A DNA stretch of 64,000 nucleotides. Origin: Escherichia coli. GTDB lineage: Bacteria; Pseudomonadota; Gammaproteobacteria; Enterobacterales; Enterobacteriaceae. Location of the stretch: assembly GCF_024223415.1 (NCBI RefSeq), contig NZ_CP100500.1; one strand, 5' to 3'. Shown piece after piece: positions 1 through 9,074 of the stretch (position 1 is the first letter of the stretch; the number at the start of each line of letters is the position of its first letter). A program made the translations under genes and the position numbers. Below the pieces are notes generated by a model. The model saw only the letters and a program-made list of their open reading frames with translations, did not search any database and was not told where the DNA came from.

Positions 1-1
1 A

Positions 2-780
2 TTTAATTCCCGGCAGGCGGTTGAGCGCCTTCCTGGTGAAGATCCGGCTCAACTGAACGATCCGGCTTACCGCCGTCTGCGTATCATTACCGATAACCTC
101 AAACAGGAAGAGCACGCGATTGTCCAGGTGGAAGAAATGCAGGCGGTAAATGCCGTGCTGTATGGCAAATACACCATGGAAGGAGACCAGTTCGAGAAAA
201 TTGAGGTCGATTTTGGCAGGTCGACGAAGAATAACATTACGCAGGCCAGTGGTAAAAAATGGTCTGAGCACGATCGTGACACGTTCGATCCTGCGCATGA
301 TATTGACCTCTACTGCGACCAGGCCAGCGGCCTTGTGAATATTGCCATTATGGACGGTACCGTCTGGCGTCTGCTGAATGGTTTTAAGCTGTTCCGCGAA
401 AAACTGGATACCCGTCGCGGTTCAAATTCGCAACTCGAAACGGCAGTGAAAGACCTGGGGGCGGTGGTGTCTTTCAAAGGGTATTACGGTGATCTGGCCA
501 TTGTGGTGGCGAAAACGTCTTATGTGGCAGAGGACGGTACCGAAAAACGTTATCTGCCAGACGGCACGCTGGTCCTGGGGAATACTGCTGCAGATGGGAT
601 CCGTTGTTACGGTGCCATTCAGGATGCACAGGCGTTGTCTGAAGGAGTGGTGCCTCTTCCCGTTATCCGAAACACTGGCTGACGGTGGGGGATCCCGCCC
701 GTGAATTTACCATGACGCAGTCCGCGCCGCTGATGGTGTTGCCGGACCCGGATGAGTTTGTGGTGGTACAGGTGAAATAA
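2..780 (+). pseudogene. E: Major capsid protein, lambda gpE-like; 5' end lies outside the window; reading frame switches near 641-646
   Basis: Translation from position 2 matches my recollection of lambda gpE (..RRLPGEDPAQLNDPAYRRLRII.., EEMQAVNAVLYGKYTM). The conserved C-terminus (SGASSRYPKHWLTVGDPAREFTMTQSAPLMVLPDPDEFVVVQVK, stop 778-780) is in a different frame from the upstream part, which stops at 680-682. Confidence 0.6.
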
Positions 781-787
781 TCCGTGA

Positions 788-817
788 GCGGGGGCGAAAT
801 GCCCCCGTGTCTTTTTT
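788..817 (+). terminator. Intrinsic-terminator-like hairpin (GC stem 789-795/801-807, then T6) between capsid gene and FI
   Basis: cGGGGGC-gaaat-GCCCCCg followed by gtcTTTTTTc, read directly. Confidence 0.4.
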
Positions 818-831
818 CACAGGGGGCTGAT

Positions 832-1194
832 ATGGCAACGAAAGAGCAAAATCTGAAACGGCTTGATGAACTGGCCCTGATTCTGGGGCGTGAGCCGGAT
901 ATATCCGGGAGTGCCGCAGAGATAGCGCAGCGGGTGGCGGAATGGGAAGAGGAAGCAGAGGACAAAAACCAGGAGAGTGATGAGAACGAAAGGCATTTGA
1001 TGACGTATAGCCACTCCACTGGCGGGGATGAAATGAGCACTGTTCGTGTACTCAAAACCCTGCATGTGGCGGGAAAACATCCGCATGATGACAGTGATAT
1101 GGAGATTGTTGTTACAGGTATGACTGTCAGAGTTGATCCAGTGAATGTTGCGGAACTTGTCCTGGAGGGGCTTGTTACAGATGAAAGTTATTAA
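832..1194 (+). CDS. FI: Head assembly / DNA-packaging protein, lambda FI-like
   Basis: ATG at 832 behind AGGGGG; position between E and FII; C-terminal region resembles lambda FI as I recall it. Confidence 0.55.
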   Translation: MATKEQNLKRLDELALILGREPDISGSAAEIAQRVAEWEEEAEDKNQESDENERHLMTYSHSTGGDEMSTVRVLKTLHVAGKHPHDDSDMEIVVTGMTVRVDPVNVAELVLEGLVTDESY

Positions 1195-1543
1195 TATCAG
1201 GGATAACGGTTTTGATACAGCCATTGCCCGGGCTGATGAAACGATACGCGGGCATATGGGAACGTCAGCCACCATTACATCCGGTGAGCAGCCCGGCGCA
1301 GTAATACGTGGTGTTTTTGATGACCCTGAAAATATCAGCTATGCCGGACAGGGCGTGCGCGTTGAAGGCTCCAGCCCGTCCCTGTTTGTCCGGACTGATG
1401 ATGTGCGGCAACTGCGGCGTGGAGACACGCTGACCATCGGTGAGGAAAACTTCTGGATAGACCGGGTTTCGCCGGATGATGGCGGAAGCTGTCATCTCTG
1501 GCTTGGGCGGGGCGTACCGCCTGCCGTTAATCGTCGCCGCTGA
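1181..1543 (+). CDS. FII: Head-tail joining protein, lambda FII-like
   Basis: AIARADETIRGHMGTSATITSGEQPGAVIRGVFDDPENISYAGQGVRVEGSSPSLFVRTDDVRQLRRGDTLTIGEENFW matches lambda gpFII almost residue for residue. Confidence 0.8.
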   Translation: MKVINIRDNGFDTAIARADETIRGHMGTSATITSGEQPGAVIRGVFDDPENISYAGQGVRVEGSSPSLFVRTDDVRQLRRGDTLTIGEENFWIDRVSPDDGGSCHLWLGRGVPPAVNRRR

Positions 1544-1554
1544 AAGGGGGATGT

Positions 1555-2130
1555 ATGGCCATACAGGGTCTTGAGCAGGCCGTTGAAAACCTCAGCCGTA
1601 TCAGCAGAACGGCGGTGCCTGGTGCCGCCGCAATGGCCATTAACCGCGTGGCCACAACGGCGATTAATCAGTCTTCGTCTCAGGTCGCCCGTGAAACCCG
1701 GGTGCCGAGAAAACTTGTTAAAGAGCGATCCAGACTGAAACGGGCTACGGTCAGAAATCCGAACGCAAAAATTATCGTTAACCGCGGCGATCTTCCTGTG
1801 ATTAAGCTGGGGATCAGGATGCTGGGACGTCGCCCGAACAGCATACTCAAAGCCGGTCAGCATCGTTATCAGCGGGCATTCATCCAGCGACTGAATAATG
1901 GGCGCTGGCATGTTATGCAACGTCTGCCAGAAGCCAGGTATGCGAAGGGCAATGACGATAAGGGAAGGAAAAAGCGTAATCGTCTTCCCATTCAGGTGGT
2001 GAAAATTCCGATGTCGGCCCCACTGAAACAGGCTTTTGATGAGAACGTTAACCGTATCCGACGCGAACGTCTGCCAAAAGAACTGAGCTATGCGCTGAAA
2101 CAACAACTGAGGATTGTGATAAAGCGATGA
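1555..2130 (+). CDS. Z: Tail completion protein, lambda Z-like
   Basis: 191 aa, order and size as lambda gpZ. Confidence 0.75.
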   Translation: MAIQGLEQAVENLSRISRTAVPGAAAMAINRVATTAINQSSSQVARETRVPRKLVKERSRLKRATVRNPNAKIIVNRGDLPVIKLGIRMLGRRPNSILKAGQHRYQRAFIQRLNNGRWHVMQRLPEARYAKGNDDKGRKKRNRLPIQVVKIPMSAPLKQAFDENVNRIRRERLPKELSYALKQQLRIVIKR

Positions 2131-2522
2131 AAAATACTGATATCCGTACAGCCGTACTGGATGCACTGGAGAAGCATGACACCGGGGCGACGTTTTTTGA
2201 TGGTCGCCCCGCTGTTTTTGATGAGGCGGATTTTCCGGCAGTTGCCGTTTATCTCACCGGCGCTGAATACACGGGCGAAGAGCTGGACAGCGATACCTGG
2301 CAGGCGGAGCTGCATATTGAAGTTTTCCTGCCTGCTCAGGTGCCGGATTCAGAGCTGGATTCGTGGATGGAGTCCCGGATTTATCCGGTGATGAGCGATA
2401 TCCCGGCACTGTCAGATTTGATCACCAGTATGGTGGCCAGTGGCTATGACTACCGGCGCGACGATGATGCGGGCCTGTGGAGTTCAGCCGATCTGACTTA
2501 TGTCATTACCTATGAAATGTGA
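2127..2522 (+). CDS. U: Tail terminator protein, lambda U-like
   Basis: 131 aa, 4-nt overlap with Z, same size as lambda gpU. Confidence 0.8.
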   Translation: MKNTDIRTAVLDALEKHDTGATFFDGRPAVFDEADFPAVAVYLTGAEYTGEELDSDTWQAELHIEVFLPAQVPDSELDSWMESRIYPVMSDIPALSDLITSMVASGYDYRRDDDAGLWSSADLTYVITYEM

Positions 2523-2529
2523 GGACGAT

Positions 2530-3270
2530 ATGCCAACACCAAATCCTCTGGCACCGGTGAAAGGGGCCGGGACCACCCTGTGGGTTTATAAGGGGAACGG
2601 TGACCCTTATGCGAACCCGCTTTCAGACAATGACTGGTCGCGTCTGGCTAAAGTTAAAGACCTGACGCCCGGCGAACTGACCGCAGATTTCTATGACGAC
2701 AGCTATCTCGATGATGAAGATGCGGACTGGGCCGCGACCGGACAGGGGCAGAAATCCGCCGGAGATACCAGCTTCACGCTGGCGTGGATGCCCGGAGAGC
2801 AGGGGCAGCAGGCGCTGCTGGCGTGGTTTAATGAAGGTGATACCCGTGCCTATAAAATCCGCTTCCCGAACGGCACGGTCGATGTGTTCCGCGGCTGGGT
2901 CAGCAGCATCGGTAAGGCGGTGACAGCGAAGGAAGTGATCACCCGCACGGTGAAAGTCACCAACGTGGGACGTCCGTCGATGGCAGAAGATCGCAGCACG
3001 CTAACAGCGGCAACCGGCATGACCGTGACGCCTGCCAGCACCTCGGTGGTGAAAGGGCAGAGCACCACGCTGACCGTGGCATTCCAGCCGGAAGGCGCAA
3101 CCGACAAGAGCTTCCGTGCGGTGTCTGCGGATAAAACAAAAGCCACCGTGTCGGTCAGTGGTATGACCATCACCGTGAAGGGCGTTGCTGCAGGCAGGGT
3201 CAACATTCCGGTCGTATCCGGTAATGGTGAACTTGCTGCGGTTGCAGAAATCAACGTCACCGCCAGTTAA
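2530..3270 (+). CDS. V: Major tail tube protein, lambda V-like, with C-terminal Ig-like domain
   Basis: [23 protein letters not shown]-terminus; ATG 2530 preferred over the ORF-track start at 2500; beta-rich C-terminal domain. Confidence 0.8.
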   Translation: MPTPNPLAPVKGAGTTLWVYKGNGDPYANPLSDNDWSRLAKVKDLTPGELTADFYDDSYLDDEDADWAATGQGQKSAGDTSFTLAWMPGEQGQQALLAWFNEGDTRAYKIRFPNGTVDVFRGWVSSIGKAVTAKEVITRTVKVTNVGRPSMAEDRSTLTAATGMTVTPASTSVVKGQSTTLTVAFQPEGATDKSFRAVSADKTKATVSVSGMTITVKGVAAGRVNIPVVSGNGELAAVAEINVTAS

Positions 3271-3285
3271 TCCGGAGAGTCAGCG

Positions 3286-3708
3286 ATGTTCCTGAAAAAC
3301 GAATCATTTGAACATAACGGCGTGACCGTCACGCTTTCTGAACTGTCAGCCCTGCAGCGTATTGAGCATCTTGCCTGGTTGAAAGAGCAGGAAAAAAAGG
3401 CTGAATCCAGTGGCAACCTGCAGGTGTCTGTAGAGGATCTTATCAGAGGCGGGGCGTTTCTGGTGGCGATGTCTCTGTGGCATAACCATCCGCAGAAGAC
3501 AAAGCTGCTGCCCATGAATGAAGCCATTACGCAGATTGAGCAGGAAGTGCTTACCACCTGGCCCACGGAGGCAATTGCTCAGGCTGAAAACGTGGTGTTA
3601 CGTCTGTCCGGAATGTCTGAGTTTGTTGTGAATAATGCCCCTGAACAGGCAGATGACGCCGGGCCTGCAGAGCCTGTTTCTGCGGGAAAGTGTTCGACGG
3701 TGAGCTGA
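3286..3708 (+). CDS. G: Tail assembly chaperone, lambda G-like
   Basis: 140 aa immediately upstream of the tape measure gene; ends just after a GGGAAAG heptamer. Confidence 0.8.
   Translation: MFLKNESFEHNGVTVTLSELSALQRIEHLAWLKEQEKKAESSGNLQVSVEDLIRGGAFLVAMSLWHNHPQKTKLLPMNEAITQIEQEVLTTWPTEAIAQAENVVLRLSGMSEFVVNNAPEQADDAGPAEPVSAGKCSTVS
3684..3690 (+). other. Slippery heptamer G GGA AAG for -1 programmed ribosomal frameshift (G to G-T)
   Basis: GGGAAAG sits 16 nt before the G stop; the -1 frame opens straight into the T reading frame. Confidence 0.65.
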
Positions 3709-4124
3709 GTTTTGCCCTGAAACTGGCGCGTGAGATGGGGCGACCCGACTGGCGCGCCATGCTTGCCGGGATGTCATCCACGGAGTATGCCGACTGGCAC
3801 CGCTTTTACAGTACCCATTATTTTCATGATGTTCTGCTGGATATGCACTTTTCCGGGCTGACGTACACCGTGCTCAGCCTGTTTTTCAGCGATCCGGATA
3901 TGCATCCGCTGGATTTCAGTCTGCTGAACCGGCGCGAGGCTGACGAAGAGCCTGAAGATGATGTGCTGATGCAGAAAGCGGCAGGGCTTGCCGGAGGCGT
4001 CCGCTTTGGCCCGGACGGGAATGAAGTTATCCCTGCATCCCCGGATGTGGCGGACATGACGGAGGATGACGTAATGCTGATGACAGTATCAGAAGGGATC
4101 GCAGGAGGAGTCCGGTATGGCTGA
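3690..4124 (+). CDS. T: T segment of the G-T fusion tail assembly chaperone (made by -1 frameshift, no own start)
   Basis: Open frame overlapping the G 3' end and ending 8 nt into H, the lambda G/T arrangement. Confidence 0.7.
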   Translation: MFDGELSFALKLAREMGRPDWRAMLAGMSSTEYADWHRFYSTHYFHDVLLDMHFSGLTYTVLSLFFSDPDMHPLDFSLLNRREADEEPEDDVLMQKAAGLAGGVRFGPDGNEVIPASPDVADMTEDDVMLMTVSEGIAGGVRYG

Positions 4125-6696
4125 ACCGGTAGGCGATCTGGTCGTTGATTTAAGTCTGGATGCGGCCAGGTTTGACGAGCAGATGGCCAGAGTCAGGCGT
4201 CATTTTTCCGGTACGGAAAGTGATGCGAAAAAAACAGCGGCAGTCGTTGAACAGTCAATGAACCGGCAGGCGCTGGCTGCACAGAAAGCGGGGATTTCCG
4301 TCGGACAGTATAAAGCCGCCATGCGTATGCTGCCTGCACAGTTCACCGACGTGGCCACACAGCTTGCAGGCGGGCAGAGTCCGTGGCTGATCCTGCTGCA
4401 ACAGGGTGGTCAGGTGAAGGACTCCTTCGGCGGGATGATCCCCATGTTCAGGGGGCTTGCCGGTGCGATCACCCTGCCGATGGTCGGGGCCACCTCGCTG
4501 GCGGTGGCGACCGGTGCGCTGGCGTATGCCTGGTATCAGGGCAACTCAACCCTGTCCGATTTCAACAAAACGCTGGTCCTTTCCGGCAATCAGGCGGGAC
4601 TGACGGCAGATCGTATGCTGGTCCTGTCCAGAGCCGGGCAGGCGGCAGGGCTGACGTTTAACCAGACCAGCGAGTCACTCAGCGCACTGGTTAAGGCGGG
4701 GGTAAGCGGTGAGGCTCAGATTGCGTCCATCAGCCAGAGTGTGGCGCGTTTCTCCTCTGCATCCGGCGTGGAGGTGGACAAGGTCGCTGAAGCCTTCGGG
4801 AAGCTGACCACAGACCCGACGTCGGGGCTGACGGCGATGGCGCGCCAGTTCCATAACGTGACGGCGGAGCAGATTGCGTATGTTGCTCAGTTGCAGCGTT
4901 CCGGCGATGAGGCAGGGGCATTGCAGGCGGCGAACGAGGCCGCAACGAAAGGGTTTGATGACCAGACCCGCCGCCTGAAAGAGAACATGGGCACGCTGGA
5001 GACCTGGGCAGACAGGACAGCGCGGGCATTCAAATCCATGTGGGATTCGGTGCTGGATATTGGTCTCCCGGACACTGCCCGGGAAATGCTGGAGAAAGCA
5101 GAAAAGGCTTTTGATGAGGCGGACAAAAAATGGCAGTGGTATCAGAGCCGGAGCCACCGGCGCGGTAAAACCTCAGCATTTCTTGCCAATCTCCGGGGAG
5201 CATGGGAGGACAGAGCGAATGCGCAACTTGGGCTTTCAGCCGCCACGTTGCAGGCCGATCTTGAAAAGGCCAGAGAGATGGCAGCAAAGGACTGGGCCGA
5301 CTCTGAGGCATCACGGCTGAAATATACCGAAGAGGCGCAGAAGGCTTACGAACGCCTGCAGACACCGCTGGAGAAATATACCGCCCGTCAGGAAGAACTG
5401 AACAAGGCACTGAAAGACGGAAAAATCCTGCAGGCAGATTACAACACGCTGATGGCGGCGGCGAAAAAGGATTATGAAGCGACGCTGAAAAAGCCGAAAC
5501 AGTCCGGCGTGAAGGTGTCTGCGGGCGATCGTCAGGAAGACAGTGCTCATGCCGCCCTGCTGACGCTTCAGGCAGAACTCCGGACGCTGGAGAAGCATGC
5601 CGGAGCAAATGAGAAAATCAGCCAGCAGCGCCGGGATTTGTGGAAGGCGGAGAGTCAGTTCGCGGTACTGGAGGAGGCGGCGCAACGTCGCCAGCTGTCT
5701 GCACAGGAGAAATCCCTGCTGGCGCATAAAGATGAGACGCTGGAGTACAAACGCCAGCTGGCTGCACTTGGCGACAAGGTTACGTATCAGGAGCGCCTGA
5801 ACGCGCTGGCGCAGCAGGCGGATAAATTCGCACAGCAGCAACGGGCAAAACGGGCCGCCATTGATGCGAAAAGCCGGGGGCTGACTGACCGGCAGACAGA
5901 ACGGGAAGCCACGGAACAGCGCCTGAAGGAACAGTATGGCGATAATCCGCTGGCGCTGAATAACGTCATGTCAGAGCAGAAAAAGACCTGGGCGGCTGAA
6001 GACCAGCTTCGCGGGAACTGGATGGCAGGCCTGAAGTCCGGCTGGAGTGAGTGGGAAGAGAGCGCCACGGACAGTATGTCGCAGGTAAAAAGTGCAGCCA
6101 CGCAGACCTTTGATGGAATTGCACAGAATATGGCGGCGATGCTGACCGGCAGTGAGCAGAACTGGCGCAGCTTCACCCGTTCCGTGCTGTCCATGATGAC
6201 AGAAATTCTGCTTAAGCAGGCAATGGTGGGGATTGTCGGGAGTATCGGCAGCGTCATTGGCGGTGCTGCCGGTGGTGGCGCATCAGTGTCAGGCGGTACA
6301 GCCATTCAGGCTGCTGCGGCAAAATTCCATTTTGCGACCGGGGGATTTACGGGAACCGGCGGCAAATATGAGCCAGCGGGGATTGTTCACCGTGGTGAAT
6401 TTGTCTTCACGAAGGAGGCAACCAGCCGGATTGGTGTCGGCAACCTGTACCGCCTGATGCGGGGCTATGCGGAAGGTGGTTATGTGGGCGGTGCCGGAAG
6501 TCCGGCGCAGATGCGGCGGGCTGAAGGCATTAATTTTAATCAGAACAATCACGTGGTGATTCAGAACGACGGTACGAATGGTCTGCCAGGTCCACAGATG
6601 ATGAAGGCAGTGTATGACATGGCCCGCAAGGGTGCCCGTGATGAAATTCAGGCACAGATGCGCGATGGTGGTCTGTTCTCCGGAGGTGGACGATGA
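4117..6696 (+). CDS. H: Tail tape measure protein, lambda H-like
   Basis: 859 aa, alanine/glutamine-rich coiled coil, glycine-rich C-terminus; lambda H is about 853 aa. Confidence 0.85.
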   Translation: MAEPVGDLVVDLSLDAARFDEQMARVRRHFSGTESDAKKTAAVVEQSMNRQALAAQKAGISVGQYKAAMRMLPAQFTDVATQLAGGQSPWLILLQQGGQVKDSFGGMIPMFRGLAGAITLPMVGATSLAVATGALAYAWYQGNSTLSDFNKTLVLSGNQAGLTADRMLVLSRAGQAAGLTFNQTSESLSALVKAGVSGEAQIASISQSVARFSSASGVEVDKVAEAFGKLTTDPTSGLTAMARQFHNVTAEQIAYVAQLQRSGDEAGALQAANEAATKGFDDQTRRLKENMGTLETWADRTARAFKSMWDSVLDIGLPDTAREMLEKAEKAFDEADKKWQWYQSRSHRRGKTSAFLANLRGAWEDRANAQLGLSAATLQADLEKAREMAAKDWADSEASRLKYTEEAQKAYERLQTPLEKYTARQEELNKALKDGKILQADYNTLMAAAKKDYEATLKKPKQSGVKVSAGDRQEDSAHAALLTLQAELRTLEKHAGANEKISQQRRDLWKAESQFAVLEEAAQRRQLSAQEKSLLAHKDETLEYKRQLAALGDKVTYQERLNALAQQADKFAQQQRAKRAAIDAKSRGLTDRQTEREATEQRLKEQYGDNPLALNNVMSEQKKTWAAEDQLRGNWMAGLKSGWSEWEESATDSMSQVKSAATQTFDGIAQNMAAMLTGSEQNWRSFTRSVLSMMTEILLKQAMVGIVGSIGSVIGGAAGGGASVSGGTAIQAAAAKFHFATGGFTGTGGKYEPAGIVHRGEFVFTKEATSRIGVGNLYRLMRGYAEGGYVGGAGSPAQMRRAEGINFNQNNHVVIQNDGTNGLPGPQMMKAVYDMARKGARDEIQAQMRDGGLFSGGGR

Positions 6697-7022
6697 AAAC
6701 CTTCCGCTGGAAAGTGAAACCCGGTATGGATGTGGCTTCGGCCCCTTCCGTAAGAAAGGTGCGCTTTGGTGATGGCTATTCCCAGCGAGCGCCTGCCGGG
6801 CTGAACGCTGACCTGAAAACGTACAGCGTGACGCTTTCTGTTCCCCGTTGGGAGGCCACGGCGCTGGAGTCGTTTCTGGCTGAGCACGGGGGCTGGAAGG
6901 CCTTTCTGTGGACGCCGCCTTATGAGTGGCGGCAGATAAAGGTGACCTGCGCAAAATGGTCGTCGCGGGTCAGTATGCTGCGTGTTGAGTTCAGCGCAGA
7001 GTTTGAACAGGTGGTGAACTGA
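6693..7022 (+). CDS. M: Minor tail protein, lambda M-like
   Basis: 109 aa, 4-nt overlap with H; same size as lambda gpM. Confidence 0.85.
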   Translation: MKTFRWKVKPGMDVASAPSVRKVRFGDGYSQRAPAGLNADLKTYSVTLSVPRWEATALESFLAEHGGWKAFLWTPPYEWRQIKVTCAKWSSRVSMLRVEFSAEFEQVVN

Positions 7023-7720
7023 TGCAGGATATCCGGCAGGAAACACTGAATGAATGCACCCGTGCGGAGCAGTCGGCCAGCGTGGTGCTCTGGGAAATCG
7101 ATCTGACAGAGGTCGGTGGCGAACGTTATTTTTTCTGTAATGAGCAGAACGAAAAAGGTGAGCCGGTCACCTGGCAGGAGCGGCAGTATCAGCCGTATCC
7201 CATTCAGGGGAGTGGTTTTGAACTGAATGGCAAAGGCACCAGTACGCGCCCCACGCTGACGGTTTCTAACCTGTACGGTATGGTCACCGGTATGGTGGAA
7301 GATATGCAGAGTCTGGTCGGCGGAACGGTGGTCCGGCGTAAAGTTTATGCCCGTTTTCTGGATGCGGTGAACTTCGTCAACGGAAACAGTGACGCCGATC
7401 CGGAGCAGGAGGTTATCAGCCGCTGGCGCATCGAGCAGTGCAGTGATTTGACAGCGGTCAGCGCGACCTTTGTACTGGCCACGCCGACGGAAACGGACGG
7501 CGCTGTTTTTCCGGGACGTATCATGCTGGCCAACACCTGCACCTGGACCTATCGCGGCGATGAGTGCGGTTATAGCGGTCCGGCGGTCGCGGATGAATAT
7601 GATCAGTCGACGTCCGATATCACGAAGGATAAATGCAGCAAATGCCTGAGCGGCTGTAAGTTCCGCAATAACGTCGGCAACTTTGGCGGTTTTCTTTCCA
7701 TTAACAAACTTTCGCAGTAA
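7022..7720 (+). CDS. L: Minor tail protein, lambda L-like
   Basis: 232 aa with cysteine cluster near C-terminus, as in lambda gpL. Confidence 0.85.
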   Translation: MQDIRQETLNECTRAEQSASVVLWEIDLTEVGGERYFFCNEQNEKGEPVTWQERQYQPYPIQGSGFELNGKGTSTRPTLTVSNLYGMVTGMVEDMQSLVGGTVVRRKVYARFLDAVNFVNGNSDADPEQEVISRWRIEQCSDLTAVSATFVLATPTETDGAVFPGRIMLANTCTWTYRGDECGYSGPAVADEYDQSTSDITKDKCSKCLSGCKFRNNVGNFGGFLSINKLSQ

Positions 7721-7725
7721 ATCCC

Positions 7726-8469
7726 ATGACACAGACAGAATCAGCGATTCTGGCGCACGCCCGGCGATGTGCGCCAGCGGAGTCGTGCGGCTTCGTGGTA
7801 AGCACGCCGGAGGGGGAAAGATATTTTCCCTGCGTGAATATCTCCGGTGAGCCGGAGGCGTATTTCCGTATGTCGCCGGAGGACTGGCTGCAGGCAGAGA
7901 TGCAGGGTGAGATTGTGGCACTGGTCCACAGTCACCCCGGTGGTCTGCCCTGGCTGAGTGAGGCCGACCGGCGGCTGCAGGTGCAGAGTGATTTGCCGTG
8001 GTGGCTGGTCTGCCGGGGGGCGATTCACAAGTTCCGCTGTGTGCCGCATCTCACCGGGCGGTGCTTTGAGCACGGGGTGACGGACTGTTACACGCTGTTC
8101 CGGGATGCTTACCATCTGGCGGGAATTGAGATGCCGGATTTTCATCGCGGGGATGACTGGTGGCGTAACGGTCAGAATCTCTATCTTGACAATATGGAGG
8201 CGACTGGTTTTTACCGTGTCGCACTGACAGAGGCGCAGCCCGGCGACGTGCTGCTGTGCTGTTTTGGTTCATCGGTGCCGAATCATGCCGCCATTTACTG
8301 CGGCGACGGCGGGCTGCTGCACCATATTCCTGAACAACTGAGCAAACGAGAGAGGTATACCGACAAATGGCAGCGACGCACACACTCCCTCTGGCGTCAC
8401 CGGGCATGGCACGCATCTGCCTTTACGGGGATTTGCAACGATTTGGCCGCCGCATCGACCTTCGTGTGA
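7726..8469 (+). CDS. K: Tail tip assembly protein, lambda K-like (JAMM and NlpC/P60-like motifs)
   Basis: HSHPGG motif and a later Cys/His region; overlaps I by about 100 nt as in lambda. An internal start near 7870 would give the 199-aa form. Confidence 0.7.
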   Translation: MTQTESAILAHARRCAPAESCGFVVSTPEGERYFPCVNISGEPEAYFRMSPEDWLQAEMQGEIVALVHSHPGGLPWLSEADRRLQVQSDLPWWLVCRGAIHKFRCVPHLTGRCFEHGVTDCYTLFRDAYHLAGIEMPDFHRGDDWWRNGQNLYLDNMEATGFYRVALTEAQPGDVLLCCFGSSVPNHAAIYCGDGGLLHHIPEQLSKRERYTDKWQRRTHSLWRHRAWHASAFTGICNDLAAASTFV

Positions 8470-9014
8470 AAACGGGAGCCGAAGCCATCCGGGCGCTGGC
8501 CACGCAGCTCCCTGCGTTTCGTCAGAAACTGAGCGACGGCTGGTATCAGGTGCGTATTGCCGGGCGTGATACAGGCGAAAACGAATTATCAGCCCGTCTT
8601 AATGAACCGCTGGCAAATGGTGCCGTGATCCACATCGTGCCGCGTCTGGCGGGAGCCAAACGTGGTGGTGTGTTTCAGGCAGTGCTGGGCGCGGCGCTGA
8701 TTGCGGTGGCATGGTGGAACCCTGCAGGCTGGCTGGGGGCTGCGGCTTTATCGGGCATGTATGCGGCAGGGGCCAGTATGGTGCTCGGTGGTGTGGCGCA
8801 GATGCTGGCACCGAAAGCCAGAATGCCCGGAGTATCAGCCACGGATAACGGCAAACAGAACACCTATTTCTCCTCACTGGAAAACATGGTTGCCCAGGGG
8901 AATGCTCTGCCCGTTCTGTACGGTGAAATGCGCGTGGGGTCACGGGTAATTTCGCAGGAGATCAGCACAGCGGATGAGGGGGATGGCGTCCGGGTTGTGG
9001 TGATTGGTCGCTGA
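8367..9014 (+). CDS. I: Tail tip assembly protein, lambda I-like
   Basis: MAATHTLPLASPGMARICLYGDLQRFGRR and the C-terminal GKQNTYFSSLENMVAQGN..VLYGEMRVGSRV match lambda gpI. Confidence 0.75.
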   Translation: MAATHTLPLASPGMARICLYGDLQRFGRRIDLRVKTGAEAIRALATQLPAFRQKLSDGWYQVRIAGRDTGENELSARLNEPLANGAVIHIVPRLAGAKRGGVFQAVLGAALIAVAWWNPAGWLGAAALSGMYAAGASMVLGGVAQMLAPKARMPGVSATDNGKQNTYFSSLENMVAQGNALPVLYGEMRVGSRVISQEISTADEGDGVRVVVIGR

Positions 9015-9074
9015 TGCAAAATGTTTTATGTGAAACCGCCTCCGGGCGGTTTTGTCGTTTATGGAGCGTGAGGA

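Noticed and set aside
4675-6954. Several 160-220-aa minus-strand ORFs
   Set aside because: Antisense to the tape measure gene; no independent support.
6920-7921. 333-aa minus-strand ORF
   Set aside because: Antisense to L and K, which are conserved lambda-like genes.
8367-8469. 103-nt overlap of K and I, which could look like a frameshift
   Set aside because: The same K/I overlap exists in lambda as I recall it; both proteins are full length.
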